64,000 nt of DNA from NCBI GenBank assembly GCA_050246755.1, contig JBFWVL010000001.1, positions 768,001-832,000 of the forward strand. The letters run 5' to 3'. The stretch comes from Bacteriovoracia bacterium (lineage in GTDB: Bacteria > Bdellovibrionota > UBA1018 > CAIPTA01). The position numbers and the translations under genes were made by a program. The stretch's first letter is position 1. Every line of letters starts with the position of its first letter. Below, piece after piece: positions 62,401 to 64,000 of this stretch. The notes beneath the pieces are model-generated. The model was not told the DNA's origin. It made no database searches and was given only the letters and a program-made list of their open reading frames with translations.

Positions 62401-62604
62401 AGAAAATTCGGTGCCCTGCTCCACTGAGGCGGAAGGAGACGGCATGAATTTTACGATCGGCGCTTGCTCGAGTTTTCGAACCTTTCTTGTGTGCTTAAAG
62501 CTTTTAATGAGCTTATAGGCGGCATTATTCGTTTTATCTCCGCTAGCAAAGGCCGAAGTTGCAAAAAAAGACAAAGCAAGGGCAGCAAAAAGGTACTTTT
62601 TCAT
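59449..62604 (-). CDS. Large secreted adhesin-like protein (B): N-terminal shared hairpin module, IPT/TIG, PKD, two Ig (Big_9/cadherin-like), four PKD, Sel1-like tail
   Basis: Signal peptide; ISP..G...GG..I.ISGENF; DGTGSYDP...YEW; two HGTASV...GSDS repeats; DFGDG...H.Y..PG.Y; C-terminal C..K...ACYFLG..Y...C.LG...AC. Confidence 0.88.
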   Translation of the reverse strand: MKKYLFAALALSFFATSAFASGDKTNNAAYKLIKSFKHTRKVRKLEQAPIVKFMPSPSASVEQGTEFSIFIAPLNSYTDSNILLNATIDNAPVGLIHSSPNLWIYHSSGFSEQRSHDLTIGLAIERKDLANQIRTSVDRLSKEIFELQQKIDVETDPVKKATFTSQRDEKIAIKNELIRQLAELKTPVANQTFTFNVVPAASNAAYPRLTAISPQVGSASGGNQIVISGENFVPGMTVRIGGLSASASLVNATTITAVAPSFGSLTGIKDLEVRFPPLSGSTEVRNSFLRNAYFVTNSSLENNVQPVAVAGPHHSFLLGSDMSMDGTGSYDPNPGTTLSYEWKVVDAPLGSGLTVGQVISTEIQPHLTLTAAGYYIFELKVREINTSDHLVSEPSLTTIEVVGPTNHAPAPSAPPVTTVSNIQGTTTVAPNDADGNQSWTFSVVSAPTHGTASVSLMGVVYYNATAGYSGSDSITVRVTDSGAPSLSGDVIIPVTVSAENQAPVPSAPSITVSSNTGTSQVAANDLDVGQTHTYAIVVNPLHGTASVNSSGLVTFNAATTYEGSDSLKVRVTDNGSPAKSGEVTIAITIPNRPPVLGPSFSFVRSQGSPTTMRIANVPATDSDGSIVQWTIDFGDGRPVETFPSSVFTPGTAWFVSALHDYQLPGSYTATITAKDNKGATTSTTTTVVVTDKAVPVAKISPNKITGTFPLTVVFDASETTSLGGTPEYRWLFENAEEVTSSPIRSHTFNTPGQFNVRLRVRDPNGGEGEASVRIYVGVNAPAAGTASTFSAALLPGREILVGTPMTFDAYGSFNPNPGGTIDSYEWQTNDGFFDCLTNPGGPCNFSGVTGTHTYSYPFNHFPTLLVTSSAGEEGYLGWEIYVVATGHSPRAVSSVQEVSGVVPFAFNADALASYDVAGGTITSYKWRYEDYDACPSDGCVDESEYASHTYANPGVYFPNLEVHDDEGNVHVAYVPVTVNEEFKIKVKREEDSEDPARKAKRKQLSGACATKNAPACYFLGKMYQEDGDAFGASKLFEKSCGLGYAPACSAR

Positions 62605-62628
62605 AATGGTTCCTTCAGTTAGAAAAAC

Positions 62629-63663
62629 TTATAAAACGTTGATGGTTAAACTTTGCGGCGAACCGACTGGCCGCCGACCCGCGGTAAGCTCATTCTCTGC
62701 TCTCTCGATAAGGAGAAGATTGCGCGCTTTCTCTTGTTCGAGGGCCGCGATCGTATCGGGGTCTGTCGTCTCACTTAGAGCCTTTTCTATTCTTTCGTTT
62801 TCGCATTGCAGAAAATCAACGGTCTGATTAAGGCTCTCGGCGAGATGCCGGTCCTGCAAATACACGGAGACGGTCCAGGTTTTTTGCCCGACGGAGTCGA
62901 GTGGCGGGGTAACGGCGACAGCGAAATTTCTCGAAGCGTTTCTAACTGGCAGCGCTTCTCCTTCGAGAGTGGAGGTGGAAAAATATTCGAAGTCAGAGCT
63001 CTCAGGGGCGGCAAGGTAATGTACGACCAAGCTTGCGCTCTGCCCCAACTGATAATTCGCCTGATTTGAGCCGAGCTTAAACAGCGGATTTACCGGAACA
63101 GGCGGCGAAGGAGGATTACGAACGACTTCAATTCCGTTAATTTGCGCATGATCGACGACAGTCGCAAAATCAATCACGATATTGCCAAGGCCATTAGCCT
63201 GAGCGCTTACTTCCCGAACAACCGCAATATTTTTTCCGCCCGCCTCAGCGAAGATATCGAAATTCGTGAGGGAAGGTACGCTGCTCCCATTTACGAAGAC
63301 ATTGAATATGCGGGCTCCAGGAACGCTCCAATAAATTTCCGCCAGATGAAATCGGATCAAATATGACGCGCCCGCGCTAAGCCCGCCCACGACGTAGTTA
63401 AAATTTCCGTAACGAACCGACCTATATACTTCCTCTGGCGCAGGATTCACTACGTTCGCGCGATTAATCGGCAGCGTGCTCTCATAAGTAGCTCCCCCGC
63501 TGAAATCCATATCGGCCGAGAAATTCCCTATAGCCACGGCAGAACCACTATTGATCGCTACCTCGTCAACAGAAAAATTTCTTACTTTTGCTTCGGCGAA
63601 CGCCGAGCCAGAGAGCACAGAGAAAAAACACAGAATAGAAAAATATGCCTTCAACACAATCAT
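62629..63663 (-). CDS. Secreted malectin-domain protein (A) with C-terminal shared hairpin module
   Basis: Signal peptide; AINSG, VYRSVRYGNF.Y, FHLAEIY, GARIFNV, FDIFAEAGG, INGIEV; Pro linker PPSPPVP. Confidence 0.88.
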   Translation of the reverse strand: MIVLKAYFSILCFFSVLSGSAFAEAKVRNFSVDEVAINSGSAVAIGNFSADMDFSGGATYESTLPINRANVVNPAPEEVYRSVRYGNFNYVVGGLSAGASYLIRFHLAEIYWSVPGARIFNVFVNGSSVPSLTNFDIFAEAGGKNIAVVREVSAQANGLGNIVIDFATVVDHAQINGIEVVRNPPSPPVPVNPLFKLGSNQANYQLGQSASLVVHYLAAPESSDFEYFSTSTLEGEALPVRNASRNFAVAVTPPLDSVGQKTWTVSVYLQDRHLAESLNQTVDFLQCENERIEKALSETTDPDTIAALEQEKARNLLLIERAENELTAGRRPVGSPQSLTINVL

Positions 63664-64000
63664 CCTTAATCACACCCGCAGCAGAAATTCTCATTCTTAA
63701 GAATCCCCCGACAACCACGTGCACGTTATAAAAAATATAAATCTAGTTTTAAATTTGTTTACTTGCTCCAACTACCGATGAATAAGCTAAGGCCTTGCAC
63801 AAAATGCCGCAAGCAATATTTCTACTGGGCACGAAGCAAATCTTAAAAAGATATATATCGCCCCGCATTGTGCGTAACCAAAGCTAGCTAGATTGTCATT
63901 TGCGAAAACAATGGCAAAATAGACTCGATGCAGATTTATAAGAATATGTATTTTTGTTTATTTTATCTCTCGCACCGTGGAGATAGGGGCCAAAATCCCA

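Noticed and set aside
63960-63990. Hairpin TATCTC...GAGATA near the window end
   Set aside because: Short, imperfect stem with context cut by the window edge; cannot be assigned.

Overview
Bacterial chromosomal segment, about 55-60% GC by eye. The gene set (CarD, GlpX, many degenerate c-di-GMP/cNMP domains, many secreted hypotheticals) suggests a Bdellovibrionota/deltaproteobacterial-type organism (inference). Bases 1-52,370 are mostly housekeeping genes (clsB-like, smc, lolA, yajQ, rimO, mltG, carD, gltX, tdh, kbl, mutY, lipB, dnaE, guaA, guaB, miaB, glpX, pgsA, tRNA-Gly) mixed with signalling genes and secreted hypotheticals. After tRNA-Gly the DNA becomes more AT-rich and holds an OafA-type acyltransferase and a four-gene minus-strand operon of secreted proteins (63663->55058). 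The main finding is that three of these otherwise unrelated proteins (a malectin protein, a PKD/Ig adhesin-like protein and a propeller/Ig/C39-peptidase protein) each carry one copy of the same ~150-aa module that I do not recognise. It is a beta-rich domain with a 60-aa helical hairpin insert that aligns without gaps, which suggests a docking module for an extracellular complex. The fourth gene looks like a stand-alone copy of the domain that follows the peptidase. All family assignments are by motif recognition; no database searches were run.
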